Origin: an uncultured virus (IMG/VR IMGVR_UViG_3300029916_000002)
Taxonomy: Duplodnaviria > Heunggongvirae > Uroviricota > Caudoviricetes
Direction: 5' to 3' (one strand)
IMG/VR virus record: IMGVR_UViG_3300029916_000002
Length of the DNA stretch: 64,000 bases
In this document: positions 1 to 8,110 of the stretch, piece by piece
Layout: every line of letters starts with the position of its first letter
Numbering within the stretch: the first letter of the stretch is position 1
Translations under genes and position numbers: made by a program
Notes under the pieces: model-generated
Databases searched by the model: none
What the model saw: the letters and a program-made list of their open reading frames with translations, nothing else
Told to the model about the DNA's origin: nothing

Positions 1-146
1 GTCTCGACTATCGCCTGCAACCGTTCATTTTCGGCGCGGAGTTCTAGGATTTCGGCGGCCATTGGTTTAACTGTTTGATTGCTCCAACCGCCGGGGCTAT
101 CGTCATTAGCCATGGCATTCAAAGTATGCTCTGGTAATTTATTCAC
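1..146 (-). CDS. Hypothetical early protein, 3'-truncated by the window edge
   Basis: Manual translation from GTG at 146: MNKLPEHTLNAMANDDSPGGWSNQTVKPMAAEILELRAENERLQAIVE...; start overlaps the end of 139..339. Confidence 0.6.
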   Translation of the reverse strand, partial: MNKLPEHTLNAMANDDSPGGWSNQTVKPMAAEILELRAENERLQAIVE

Positions 147-339
147 CTTTCAACCCTCTTAACCTTTCACCACATTGACTACAAAATTTACCGGTTTCGC
201 CGCGATGCTGGCACTTCGTTAAATCCCAGCCACAAATGGCGCAGATATCTGTCTTTTCGCCGACGTATGTTCGTCCGCCATCATGTCGACAATAACTTTG
301 AAATCTTTTCTCCAATTCTTCGTAAGTTGATTTATTCAT
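139..339 (-). CDS. Small Cys-rich (zinc-ribbon-like) protein
   Basis: CAIC and CSQC motifs; ATGA coupling with the upstream gene. Confidence 0.7.
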   Translation of the reverse strand: MNKSTYEELEKRFQSYCRHDGGRTYVGEKTDICAICGWDLTKCQHRGETGKFCSQCGERLRGLKGE

Positions 340-779
340 TTCGTCAATTCCAGCACCGACAAAGCCTTTTGGCCTGCATCATTATTCCCCATATCCGAGA
401 CAATGCTGTAATCATCAAACAATGATTGCAGTGCCGAGCGCAATTCCTTTTTTTGATCAACAACTACGGACACGAACCAACGGAGATCGCCGAACGATTC
501 TTCAAATTCTTCTCTTGATACGTCTAAAATATTAAGAGCATTCGAAATTTTGGCTGCAAGATCATTTTTCAATGCATCTGAAAATCTAAGATCATTTTTA
601 AGTTTATCTATTTCTTCTTTTAATTCTCTAATTCCTAATTCAGGATGAATTTTTTTGTAACCAGATACGGCATAATCGATTAAAATACTTAAGACTTGAT
701 CAGGAATGCCATGAGTAATTGTCAATGGCGAATTATCTTTGATGTAAATCAAAATTCTATTATTGTCTTCAGGTGTCAT
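336..779 (-). CDS. Hypothetical protein with coiled-coil segment
   Basis: 147 aa ORF, ATGA-coupled on both sides. Confidence 0.75.
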   Translation of the reverse strand: MTPEDNNRILIYIKDNSPLTITHGIPDQVLSILIDYAVSGYKKIHPELGIRELKEEIDKLKNDLRFSDALKNDLAAKISNALNILDVSREEFEESFGDLRWFVSVVVDQKKELRSALQSLFDDYSIVSDMGNNDAGQKALSVLELTK

Positions 780-958
780 TTTAAAATTTTCCCAGTTTTA
801 AAAATTTGGGTACGTGCGGTTTTCATAGCTGTCATGGCTGCTAACCACGCATAGGAAGGTTCACAAACTTTAAGACAATTTTTGAACGTAGCTTGACCAA
901 ACAAAATCACGTCCAAATGTTGTGAAGTGGTAAGATATTTCTTTTTGAGATTTTTCAT
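776..958 (-). CDS. Hypothetical protein
   Basis: GAGGAG RBS; first gene after the operator-promoter at ~987-1010. Confidence 0.7.
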   Translation of the reverse strand: MKNLKKKYLTTSQHLDVILFGQATFKNCLKVCEPSYAWLAAMTAMKTARTQIFKTGKILK

Positions 959-986
959 AGTGGCTCCTCTCTATTTGACAAGAACC

Positions 987-1015
987 ACTATAACGCCAAT
1001 GAACGGAAATTACTA
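987..1015 (-). promoter_or_regulatory. Early promoter (-10 TATAGT, weak -35) with a single GCCAATGAAC box
   Basis: GCCAATGAAC at 995-1004 in the spacer, same geometry as the other early promoters. Confidence 0.6.
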
Positions 1016-1031
1016 TAAGAGAGTGAAAACT

Positions 1032-1328
1032 TTACAAAATAGTTTCCAGTCTATCGATACCTTCCAAAATACTGACTAATTTTGAATGTTCATCAGTAAG
1101 TCTTTCGGCCAAAATTTCTAGCAATCCGGTCTGCTCCGGCTTATCTTCAGTCGTATGACTTTCTTTCGAGCTATAGGCTAAACGCTCTATTAAAGAGTAA
1201 ATCTTATGGTTAATTGTATCGACAAGAGATTGGTTGTCGGCTTGGGAATCCAGAATATTTTCCAAATCCGTACTAGGGCGTTCTGCTTCATCATGAACCA
1301 GCACTTTGCTAATTTTTCTTGATGTCAT
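1032..1328 (-). CDS. Hypothetical protein
   Basis: 98 aa, GGAG RBS. Confidence 0.7.
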   Translation of the reverse strand: MTSRKISKVLVHDEAERPSTDLENILDSQADNQSLVDTINHKIYSLIERLAYSSKESHTTEDKPEQTGLLEILAERLTDEHSKLVSILEGIDRLETIL

Positions 1329-1385
1329 TTTCTTCTTTCTCCGTTAATTTATAGTCGATAGTCAGATATTTAACACGATTCATTT

Positions 1386-1634
1386 TCATTCCTCAACATT
1401 TTCAACGATGACCGGACCGTTTGGCGAAGGCTTAATTTTATAAGAAACATCTTTTGATAAACGATAAGTGTCAATGAGATCATTCCAGAGTTCACGTTCG
1501 CGCTTCGCGTTTTCATTGGCTAAATTGGAATGATAAGTCAAAGCGACTGACAGGGTTTTATCAATAGCCATTTTATCATTATTTAATTCATCAAAATCTT
1601 TTATCTGTTTAGCTGATAAAGCGATAGGTGACAT
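1386..1634 (-). CDS. Hypothetical protein
   Basis: 82 aa, GAGG RBS. Confidence 0.7.
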   Translation of the reverse strand: MSPIALSAKQIKDFDELNNDKMAIDKTLSVALTYHSNLANENAKRERELWNDLIDTYRLSKDVSYKIKPSPNGPVIVENVEE

Positions 1635-1682
1635 AATATGACCTCAATAATAGCGCACCTTATAGATGCGCTTGGCAGGAAA

Positions 1683-1862
1683 CTACGCAATATTAAAAAA
1701 TTGCGTCAATTTATAGTGACCGTTGCTGATCAAGTCCATGCGTTCAGGTCGATTCATTCGATGGGCCATTCGACGCGCGTCGCGATTGTTAACCTTGTCG
1801 TGAAAACTTTTGCGACGTTGGGCGCGAGTTGGCGTGTCAGGATTTATCTTGATGTATCTCAT
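1683..1862 (-). CDS. 59-aa arginine-rich basic protein (absent from the ORF track)
   Basis: AAAGGAG RBS 6 nt before ATG; MRYIKINPDTPTRAQRRKSFHDKVNNRDARRMAHRMNRPERMDLISNGHYKLTQFFNIA. Confidence 0.75.
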   Translation of the reverse strand: MRYIKINPDTPTRAQRRKSFHDKVNNRDARRMAHRMNRPERMDLISNGHYKLTQFFNIA

Positions 1863-1931
1863 TAAATACTCCTTTGTTGATGATAATAACTTGGCATTTG
1901 CGCCCTGGTTAAAGACGCAAAGGTAAAGAAA

Positions 1932-2258
1932 TTATGCTATACGGCAGACAGAAGGTACAGGAACTATTTTCGAAAATAATTCTCCACCATTAGAACTTAA
2001 GACACAATGCAAAACATGAAGACGTTTAGCATAATAACGACTTAATCGATAAGAAAGGTGTTCTTTAAGAACAAGTATTTTTAACCAAGAATTTCTTTTT
2101 GCCTCAAGAGATTCGGAATTTTCATTGTCGGCTAATGCGTTCAGCAGAATAATAGTTTCACACGTCTTGCTAAGTGTTTTATTAACCTTATCCATTTTAT
2201 TCTGTACGCGTATAACCTGTTCCCGAACGACAATCAGAGGAATCAATTTATTTTTCAT
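1932..2258 (-). CDS. Hypothetical protein
   Basis: Start moved to MKNKL (ATGA overlap with the upstream stop, GGAG RBS). Confidence 0.65.
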   Translation of the reverse strand: MKNKLIPLIVVREQVIRVQNKMDKVNKTLSKTCETIILLNALADNENSESLEAKRNSWLKILVLKEHLSYRLSRYYAKRLHVLHCVLSSNGGELFSKIVPVPSVCRIA

Positions 2259-2491
2259 TTTATATACTCCGCATTGACTGCCATTTCGACATCGCAAAGG
2301 TCTTGTGCTGATACGATGTAGAATTTAGGAAATTTTTTCTGATAAACTACTTCGCCATCATTTTTATTCTTAGCTAATGGGTTAGCCACAACGCTAACTA
2401 GGATTTGACCACGAGAATTTACAGTTGACGTAAAGCATTTAAATTCTGTAGTCGTTTCGACGATTTCTTTAATATCGCGTACAGTTGCCAT
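2255..2491 (-). CDS. Hypothetical early protein
   Basis: Start moved to MATVR after GGAGG RBS, downstream of a promoter. Confidence 0.75.
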   Translation of the reverse strand: MATVRDIKEIVETTTEFKCFTSTVNSRGQILVSVVANPLAKNKNDGEVVYQKKFPKFYIVSAQDLCDVEMAVNAEYIK

Positions 2492-2523
2492 TTTCTTACC
2501 CTCCATCTCGTTTCGATAGAGTC

Positions 2524-2563
2524 AGTATACGCCAATGAACGAATTGTTCAAGTGTTCATTGGC
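2524..2563 (-). promoter_or_regulatory. Sigma70-type early promoter overlapped by inverted operator pair
   Basis: TTGAAC-N16-TATACT on minus strand; GCCAATGAAC 2531-2540, N13, GTTCATTGGC 2554-2563. Confidence 0.8.
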
Positions 2564-2570
2564 TAAATAG

Positions 2571-3056
2571 TTAAATATTTTTGTCCATTATTGGAAGAAA
2601 AGTTTCTATAGAAATTCTATAATCTTTTGAGTGATCGAATTTAGGAAAATACAGGACAAACGGCGCAGGTCTAGAGAAACCGTTTTCAATATTCTTTTGC
2701 AAAAAAGCGTCATCTTCTTCGTCATCGGTAATATGACGATTTTTGATCTGATGGACATAAGACAATGCTGATTTCGTCGTAGTATAAACGCGATGTAAAT
2801 TGTAAACTCGATGTCCTTCCGGTTCGGGGCATCTGATCCCATTGTCTTGTAGTGAAATTTCAAGATTAAAGGATTCATCTTCGTAAAATTCTCTAATCTT
2901 TACAAACCATGCTCCGCCGCCTAATCTTTTAAATTCATGCCAAGTCGGTTCAGCCTGGACGATCATTTTTCTCGGAGTTGATACGCTTTCCCCAATAACG
3001 CAACAAACAGTAAACAAGATTTTACCAGGAACGAGATCTTCAAATGTTGCTCTCAT
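2571..3056 (-). CDS. Hypothetical protein
   Basis: Start moved to MRATFEDLVPG after GGAG RBS. Confidence 0.75.
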   Translation of the reverse strand: MRATFEDLVPGKILFTVCCVIGESVSTPRKMIVQAEPTWHEFKRLGGGAWFVKIREFYEDESFNLEISLQDNGIRCPEPEGHRVYNLHRVYTTTKSALSYVHQIKNRHITDDEEDDAFLQKNIENGFSRPAPFVLYFPKFDHSKDYRISIETFLPIMDKNI

Positions 3057-3234
3057 TTTTATCTCCAGCGTAAAACTCAAGAACGTCAACAACATATTCA
3101 ACAATCCCTTTGACTATTACGGGGGCGTTGTTTTCATAATGCACAAGCACTTCTACTTCTTGGCCGATCATCGCAACAGTCGGAGCTTCTACCGTTCCAA
3201 TCGTTCCGTCCTGAAGAATAACCATGATTTTCAT
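3040..3234 (-). CDS. Hypothetical small beta-rich protein
   Basis: Start MKIMV after GGAG RBS, downstream of a promoter. Confidence 0.7.
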   Translation of the reverse strand: MKIMVILQDGTIGTVEAPTVAMIGQEVEVLVHYENNAPVIVKGIVEYVVDVLEFYAGDKNESNI

Positions 3235-3263
3235 TTTAGATCTCCAGTAAAACAACTGGAAAT

Positions 3264-3304
3264 ACTATAACGCCAATGAACATCAAGCGTCAATGTTCAT
3301 TGGC
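3264..3304 (-). promoter_or_regulatory. Sigma70-type early promoter overlapped by inverted operator pair
   Basis: TTGACG-N18-TATAGT on minus strand; GCCAATGAAC 3272-3281, N13, GTTCATTGGC 3295-3304. Confidence 0.8.
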
Positions 3305-3321
3305 TAAAAGATTTGTAAAGA

Positions 3322-3546
3322 TTATTTGATAATAACTGCCGCGTCAAATACAACATTAACTACCATATCAACATCAGAATGGAACAAATTGCCAGATGAT
3401 AAATAAACGGCATTGTACAGAAATCCATTTGATAAAGTTTTATCTAATAAAAGTAAAAAGTTTCCATTATAAATAAAACATTGTCCGGCTTCTATGCTTG
3501 ATAATTTTTGTAGCTTATTATTTCTATTATCAATAATTTTCATCAT
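3322..3546 (-). CDS. Small hypothetical protein, paralogue family A (copy 1)
   Basis: Shares G.(C/V)F ... AV.L..G pattern with 3543..3770 and 4891..5121. Confidence 0.75.
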   Translation of the reverse strand: MMKIIDNRNNKLQKLSSIEAGQCFIYNGNFLLLLDKTLSNGFLYNAVYLSSGNLFHSDVDMVVNVVFDAAVIIK

Positions 3547-3770
3547 TCACCGTCCAGATTTACAACAAATTGAGAGCTTGATAATTTGTTGACTTTAGTT
3601 TGACCGGGCATGTCAGTTTCAACAAAACCTGTTTTTAGGTTTACCGCACAGGGCGTTTGATTGCCGCAAACGATCTTCATATAATATTCACCCTTGGCAT
3701 AAAAACAATTACCAATGAGAACATTTTCAAAAGTCGTTTGCTTTTGCGGTAAAAATAATTTGATGTCCAT
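3543..3770 (-). CDS. Small hypothetical protein, paralogue family A (copy 2)
   Basis: TFENVLIGNCFY...YYMK...CAVNLKTG. Confidence 0.75.
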   Translation of the reverse strand: MDIKLFLPQKQTTFENVLIGNCFYAKGEYYMKIVCGNQTPCAVNLKTGFVETDMPGQTKVNKLSSSQFVVNLDGE

Positions 3771-3772
3771 GA

Positions 3773-4894
3773 TTAACCCTTAACATTAATGAGTGGTGTG
3801 ACGTGTGTAACAACGTCAACTAAATCTTTTTGCAGATCCATGACTTCATAAATATTTTTATAGGCCATGGGAGATTCGTCAATATGTTTGACATCTACCG
3901 GCGCGGCAATTCCACGCATAGATTGATCAAAATCAGCCATTGTGATCAATTTTTTAGCTTGAGTTCTTGACATCACGCGCCCGGCACCATGAGAAGAAGA
4001 ATTCATAGACTCTGGATTACCTTTACCGATAGTAATAAATGAACCGTCGCGCATATTACCAGGGATAACACCAAACATTCCTGCGTCGGCATGAGTTGCG
4101 CCTTTACGATGTATCCAGCGATCGCCAACTTGTTCAGCATGATTATGATTGCGATTAATAAACTGTAAAACAGGTATTTTTGATTGCAATACATTTGACA
4201 AAATTGAAATTACGCATTCAGACATTAATTGTCGATTGAGTAAAGCGAATTGTAAACACCAATCGAGATCAATGATATAATTAACCCCTAATTGCGTATC
4301 AATGCTTAATGCGCTGGCAGTTTCATCTTTTCGGCCATCACAATATTGCAATGCGGCTAGACGCATATATTCAGTAGCTACGGCATGACCGATAGAGCGT
4401 GAACCAGAATGAATGACAACCCAGGTTTTACCGTCTTTATCGTCACGACCAATTTCAATGAAATGATTGCCGCCGCCCAATGTGCCAAGACATTTAGGCC
4501 CATAGGAAACATGCTCGCGTAAAAAATCACTATAGGAATCGCCCAAAGAATGTTGCGCATTTGCGGCGCGGTCTTCTTGTTCTTGATTGTTTTTATTAAA
4601 CCCTAGTGGTATTTTCTGTTCAATTGCATATTGAAACGCGTGCGGTACTGTTTTTAAATCGTTTGCATCAAAATCTAATTTTGTAGCAGACATACCGCAG
4701 CCGATATCGTATCCGACGAATGACGGATAAATAGTGCCTTTTGTTGCAATGACCGCACCGATTGGTAATACATATCCAGTATGCGCGTCTGGCATTAATG
4801 CGCCCTGGACAACATCAGGCAATGCCATGACCGCATTATATTGATCGAGTGCGCCTTGTTCTAAAATCTCAGCGTAAATTTTTGATTTTTTCAT
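3773..4894 (-). CDS. rtcB: RtcB-family RNA ligase
   Basis: Motifs MPDAH, GYDIGCG, GTLGGGNHFIE, HSGSR, HNH, HRKGA, SHGAGR, DESPMAYK. Confidence 0.95.
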   Translation of the reverse strand: MKKSKIYAEILEQGALDQYNAVMALPDVVQGALMPDAHTGYVLPIGAVIATKGTIYPSFVGYDIGCGMSATKLDFDANDLKTVPHAFQYAIEQKIPLGFNKNNQEQEDRAANAQHSLGDSYSDFLREHVSYGPKCLGTLGGGNHFIEIGRDDKDGKTWVVIHSGSRSIGHAVATEYMRLAALQYCDGRKDETASALSIDTQLGVNYIIDLDWCLQFALLNRQLMSECVISILSNVLQSKIPVLQFINRNHNHAEQVGDRWIHRKGATHADAGMFGVIPGNMRDGSFITIGKGNPESMNSSSHGAGRVMSRTQAKKLITMADFDQSMRGIAAPVDVKHIDESPMAYKNIYEVMDLQKDLVDVVTHVTPLINVKG

Positions 4895-5121
4895 TCTCTT
4901 TCACCATTCAGCAATAAAATTGCTTTAGGATAGTAAACAACAGAATCGGAACTATTCAGGTGAACCTTGTCTCCAGGAGACAAATGAACGGCATTAAATG
5001 CATCTGCTGATTCAGATGCCACTTTCATATAGAACAGTTTATTTAAAGATAATGAGAAAACATCACCCGGCGCAAGATCGTTAAAGAACAAGTTATTATT
5101 TTCCAATGTCTTAATTTTCAT
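4891..5121 (-). CDS. Small hypothetical protein, paralogue family A (copy 3)
   Basis: FFNDLAPGDVF...FYMK...NAVHLSPG; ATGA-coupled to rtcB. Confidence 0.75.
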   Translation of the reverse strand: MKIKTLENNNLFFNDLAPGDVFSLSLNKLFYMKVASESADAFNAVHLSPGDKVHLNSSDSVVYYPKAILLLNGERE

Positions 5122-5351
5122 CTTAACTCCTTCATTGAATATACAGTTACGGTGTTATGCGGATGAACAACTTTTAAAAATTGACTTTCACAATAAGGAC
5201 AAGTACAAAAAGAATCTTCATTGTCATAGCCAAGATTCGGAAAAGTTTTTAGTTTAGCATTGCATTCCGGGTATTTAAATAACAAAAATTTTTCGCCTTT
5301 AGATTCGGCTGCGGCGATAAAATTTTCATAACGTTCTTTTAAATGAGACAT
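5118..5351 (-). CDS. Small zinc-ribbon-like protein
   Basis: YPEC ... CTCPYC motifs. Confidence 0.65.
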   Translation of the reverse strand: MSHLKERYENFIAAAESKGEKFLLFKYPECNAKLKTFPNLGYDNEDSFCTCPYCESQFLKVVHPHNTVTVYSMKELR

Positions 5352-5353
5352 TA

Positions 5354-5647
5354 TTAGTCATCCGTCTTAATAGCACCATGTTTCATGATTGAATCAATCA
5401 TCCAATCGTATCCGCAAAATCCATCGCTATACTTCATTAGCTTATTCTTTCGTTTTACATCATCAACGATTTGAATATCAATCACAGCTCTCCAGCCGTC
5501 ACCAAAATTATACGAATGATGATCAAGTAATGTTTTGCCTTTTGGCAATTCACGAGCCTCGATATATTTTTTATCCTGACCAGTCCAGCGCCCGTTCCAT
5601 GAATTATTATTCGGCATTGATAATGTAAAGATGGCGTATTTAGCCAT
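5354..5647 (-). CDS. Hypothetical phage protein
   Basis: SWNGRWTG, FGDGW and GFCGYDWMIDSI motifs look like a conserved family; AGGA RBS. Confidence 0.8.
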   Translation of the reverse strand: MAKYAIFTLSMPNNNSWNGRWTGQDKKYIEARELPKGKTLLDHHSYNFGDGWRAVIDIQIVDDVKRKNKLMKYSDGFCGYDWMIDSIMKHGAIKTDD

Positions 5648-5656
5648 GATAAATTC

Positions 5657-5842
5657 CTAAAGTTGAAATTTAACTTTAAATCCGCGCTCAACAAGTAAGA
5701 AAATAATTTCTTCGCGATCAGAAATAAGTTCCTCTAATTCTTTTTGTAATGATAATTGCCGCGCCCTTATCATTTTTATTTCTGTTTCTTTATTCATGAA
5801 TAAAGATTTTAGACCTGCGTCGGTATATTCTCGAATGTTCAT
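5657..5842 (-). CDS. Small coiled-coil protein
   Basis: Start MNIRE after GGAG RBS. Confidence 0.65.
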   Translation of the reverse strand: MNIREYTDAGLKSLFMNKETEIKMIRARQLSLQKELEELISDREEIIFLLVERGFKVKFQL

Positions 5843-6099
5843 TATCTCCACCTATCATGATCTTTGCATACATATTTATGCTCAAAGTACTGAACGGGAA
5901 TCATTGCTAAAAATTCGCCTTTAGATCCGTAAATAGTTTGAAAATGCATTACGGGCTTTGACTCGTTTGTGATTTGACGTTCCTGAATTCTCATTTCTAC
6001 GGTATCAGCATACCAAAAATATCCGATTAAAATAAACACGATGATAAAAAATAAACATACTAAGGAAAATACTCGATCCGTTGACATTCTGAAATTCAT
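5842..6099 (-). CDS. Small single-TM membrane protein
   Basis: Hydrophobic VFSLVCLFFIIVFILIGYFWY. Confidence 0.7.
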   Translation of the reverse strand: MNFRMSTDRVFSLVCLFFIIVFILIGYFWYADTVEMRIQERQITNESKPVMHFQTIYGSKGEFLAMIPVQYFEHKYVCKDHDRWR

Positions 6100-6109
6100 T
6101 TCAAATCCT

Positions 6110-6131
6110 TAAGCCCGGTTCGCCGGGCTTA
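6110..6131. repeat. GC-rich intergenic hairpin (GCCCGG-TTCG-CCGGGC family), copy 1
   Basis: TAAGCCCGG TTCG CCGGGCTTA; identical core at 6397-6412. Confidence 0.85.
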
Positions 6132-6137
6132 GCAATA

Positions 6138-6377
6138 TCAGAAATATTTTACGGCAACGGGAAATCCCGTAAGGATGTGTCTTTTTGCTGTATCAAGCGA
6201 TTGGAAAAATCCAAGATGCTTCTTTTTTAGGACGATTCCGTATTCAAACCCTTGATTAAAACTCATAGGTGCGAAATAGATAACACCTACTTCTTTACCG
6301 TCTTCATAAATACCGGTAGAATTTTTTACTTCAGTCGTCGGCATGCCGACAGAAAAACGTTTTCCGAAAGTTATCAT
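6138..6377 (-). CDS. Hypothetical protein
   Basis: 79 aa ORF between the two hairpins. Confidence 0.7.
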   Translation of the reverse strand: MITFGKRFSVGMPTTEVKNSTGIYEDGKEVGVIYFAPMSFNQGFEYGIVLKKKHLGFFQSLDTAKRHILTGFPVAVKYF

Positions 6378-6396
6378 TTTTATTCAATCCAATTAA

Positions 6397-6412
6397 GCCC
6401 GGTTCGCCGGGC
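6397..6412. repeat. GC-rich intergenic hairpin, copy 2
   Basis: GCCCGG TTCG CCGGGC. Confidence 0.85.
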
Positions 6413-6420
6413 GCGGCAGA

Positions 6421-6660
6421 TTAAAGATATTTATCTCTGAAAGCCTGTAACCAATTTTCTACAGATTGAAACGTGCGGCTGTTAATTGTGTCGATATGTA
6501 ATTCTTGAAAACGTTCCCAACGATTAACCATAGCTTTAATTCGTTCATCGTTCGCGAAGTAAGGATTGTTCTTAGCGAAAGCAAAACAGCTTTTGTCACC
6601 TGCATTATTCAAGATTTCTTTGATTTCCGCCGCCGTATAACTTTTCGTTGCCATTTTCAT
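6421..6660 (-). CDS. Hypothetical early protein
   Basis: Start moved to MKMATK (6660 or 6654) after GGAG; the longer ORF-track start lies inside the promoter. Confidence 0.75.
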   Translation of the reverse strand: MKMATKSYTAAEIKEILNNAGDKSCFAFAKNNPYFANDERIKAMVNRWERFQELHIDTINSRTFQSVENWLQAFRDKYL

Positions 6661-6684
6661 AATCTCCGTTGTTTCGATGAAGAG

Positions 6685-6726
6685 ATTATGCGCCAATGAA
6701 CGGATCTTGTAAAGTGTTCATTGGCG
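6685..6726 (-). promoter_or_regulatory. Sigma70-type early promoter overlapped by inverted operator pair
   Basis: TTTACA-N17-CATAAT on minus strand; CGCCAATGAAC 6691-6701, N14, GTTCATTGGCG 6716-6726. Confidence 0.8.
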
Positions 6727-6744
6727 AAAAGTTTGTAAAATTGT

Positions 6745-7137
6745 TTAGTCGGCTGGATGATCGGAAGATGCAGTCTTGGCTTCGGCAACGGAGTTCTGCG
6801 TTTTCAAAAATAAAACTTCAGCTTCGATTTCTTGATGCCTTTTCCAATTTTTAGTCGACTGACTATCTCTAGTTTTGTCTATGTCAAAATCCTTTTCACG
6901 CATATCAGACCACATTTTATCTCGTTCAATATATAAATATCCTATCCTGTCATTATTAAACAATGACTTGTTAGGAAGATCTAAAACAACTTCAAACCGC
7001 TTAATATAAATATAACGAATATCTTTAGGGTAAATTTCGTAAAGCTTGACTCTGAATTCTTGTTCTTTTAAATCAAAATACAAGAAAACGTCTACAGTCT
7101 GCTTATTGTCGATAATGTAATCAAGATCGTTTGTCAT
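6745..7137 (-). CDS. Hypothetical protein, likely paralogue of 7139..7432
   Basis: YIYIKRFEVVLDLPNKSLFNNDRI versus YLFITKKEISFDKPDKNILTDRI. Confidence 0.7.
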   Translation of the reverse strand: MTNDLDYIIDNKQTVDVFLYFDLKEQEFRVKLYEIYPKDIRYIYIKRFEVVLDLPNKSLFNNDRIGYLYIERDKMWSDMREKDFDIDKTRDSQSTKNWKRHQEIEAEVLFLKTQNSVAEAKTASSDHPAD

Positions 7138-7138
7138 A

Positions 7139-7432
7139 TTAACCTTTATTTTCTAAACAGAGTAAAGTTGCGATATGTTCATCAATTTCTTTCAATCTAA
7201 TGAAAGTTTCTGCTTGGATAATCTCCTTTGATTTTTTTAACTTTTCAATAATCCGATCAGTGAGAATATTTTTATCAGGTTTATCGAAACTAATTTCTTT
7301 TTTAGTTATAAAAAGATAATCTTCGTCTTCTTCTCCAAAATTGCAATCCGATGCAGTAAAAGCTTTGTATGTAATATTATAATAAAAATACATCATTTTT
7401 ATAAATTTAGTGTCATCTTTTACGGTATTCAT
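7139..7432 (-). CDS. Hypothetical protein
   Basis: 97 aa, tightly packed operon. Confidence 0.7.
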   Translation of the reverse strand: MNTVKDDTKFIKMMYFYYNITYKAFTASDCNFGEEDEDYLFITKKEISFDKPDKNILTDRIIEKLKKSKEIIQAETFIRLKEIDEHIATLLCLENKG

Positions 7433-7674
7433 TATCGGCCTTCCTTATCGTTAACGGATTGAACTTCAGAGATAGATTGACGATATTGGTTATTAATTAT
7501 TTCATCGAAAGACCGTGCTACGCTTTTTAATGCGCGAACTTTCTTGCTTGTGTTTAACAAAACTAGCATTAAGCTATTAACTTCTCCAAGATCAAGATGA
7601 AAATAATTAACAGCCAATAAAGCGTTAATGTCTTCATCGATGCTAGTTACAATACTTTCTACGTCTGATTTCAT
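7432..7674 (-). CDS. Hypothetical protein
   Basis: 80 aa, ATGA-coupled. Confidence 0.65.
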   Translation of the reverse strand: MKSDVESIVTSIDEDINALLAVNYFHLDLGEVNSLMLVLLNTSKKVRALKSVARSFDEIINNQYRQSISEVQSVNDKEGR

Positions 7675-8057
7675 TTGTTAATAACTCCGTAAATTTCGTA
7701 ACCCAAAATCCAAAAATCTTTATCGTTTTTGTCTCTACCATGATAAAGAATGTTTTCAAATCCGCCGTTATAATCATGATCTGAATAATCTAGCGTTAAT
7801 ATCCCGGAGTGGCTAAATGTTCTGAAAAATACTATATCTTTCTTGTCGTACATTTCTTTTTTAGTATATTTGAAATTTAATTTCGGCCCTTCTTTTTCAA
7901 TACACCACGATTCATAATCGCTATTTTTGGTTAACGCGACTAACTCTTGAGCGTCAATTTCGTTATGAAACAGACCTAAAATCATGTTGTCCGCTTTATC
8001 CTTAACAACAAAGATTATATCTATCACCTCTCCGTCTATTTTTATGTCTTCACTCAT
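7671..8057 (-). CDS. Hypothetical protein
   Basis: AAGGAG RBS, first gene after a promoter. Confidence 0.75.
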   Translation of the reverse strand: MSEDIKIDGEVIDIIFVVKDKADNMILGLFHNEIDAQELVALTKNSDYESWCIEKEGPKLNFKYTKKEMYDKKDIVFFRTFSHSGILTLDYSDHDYNGGFENILYHGRDKNDKDFWILGYEIYGVINK

Positions 8058-8082
8058 TTTAAATCTCCTTTAGTTTCCATCC

Positions 8083-8110
8083 ATTATAAACGCCAATGAA
8101 CAAAAGGCAA
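8083..8110 (-). promoter_or_regulatory. Sigma70-type early promoter with a single operator box
   Basis: TTGCCT-N16-TATAAT on minus strand; GCCAATGAAC 8092-8101 in the spacer. Confidence 0.75.

Noticed and set aside
1638..1865. Plus-strand 75-aa ORF in the track
   Set aside because: Antisense shadow of the RBS-supported minus-strand ORF 1683..1862 in an all-minus region.
2531..6726. Repeated GCCAATGAAC...GTTCATTGGC units as a CRISPR array or MITEs
   Set aside because: The units are dispersed between genes, are only ~33-36 bp, have no regular repeat-spacer period, cas genes or target-site duplications, and coincide with promoter hexamers.
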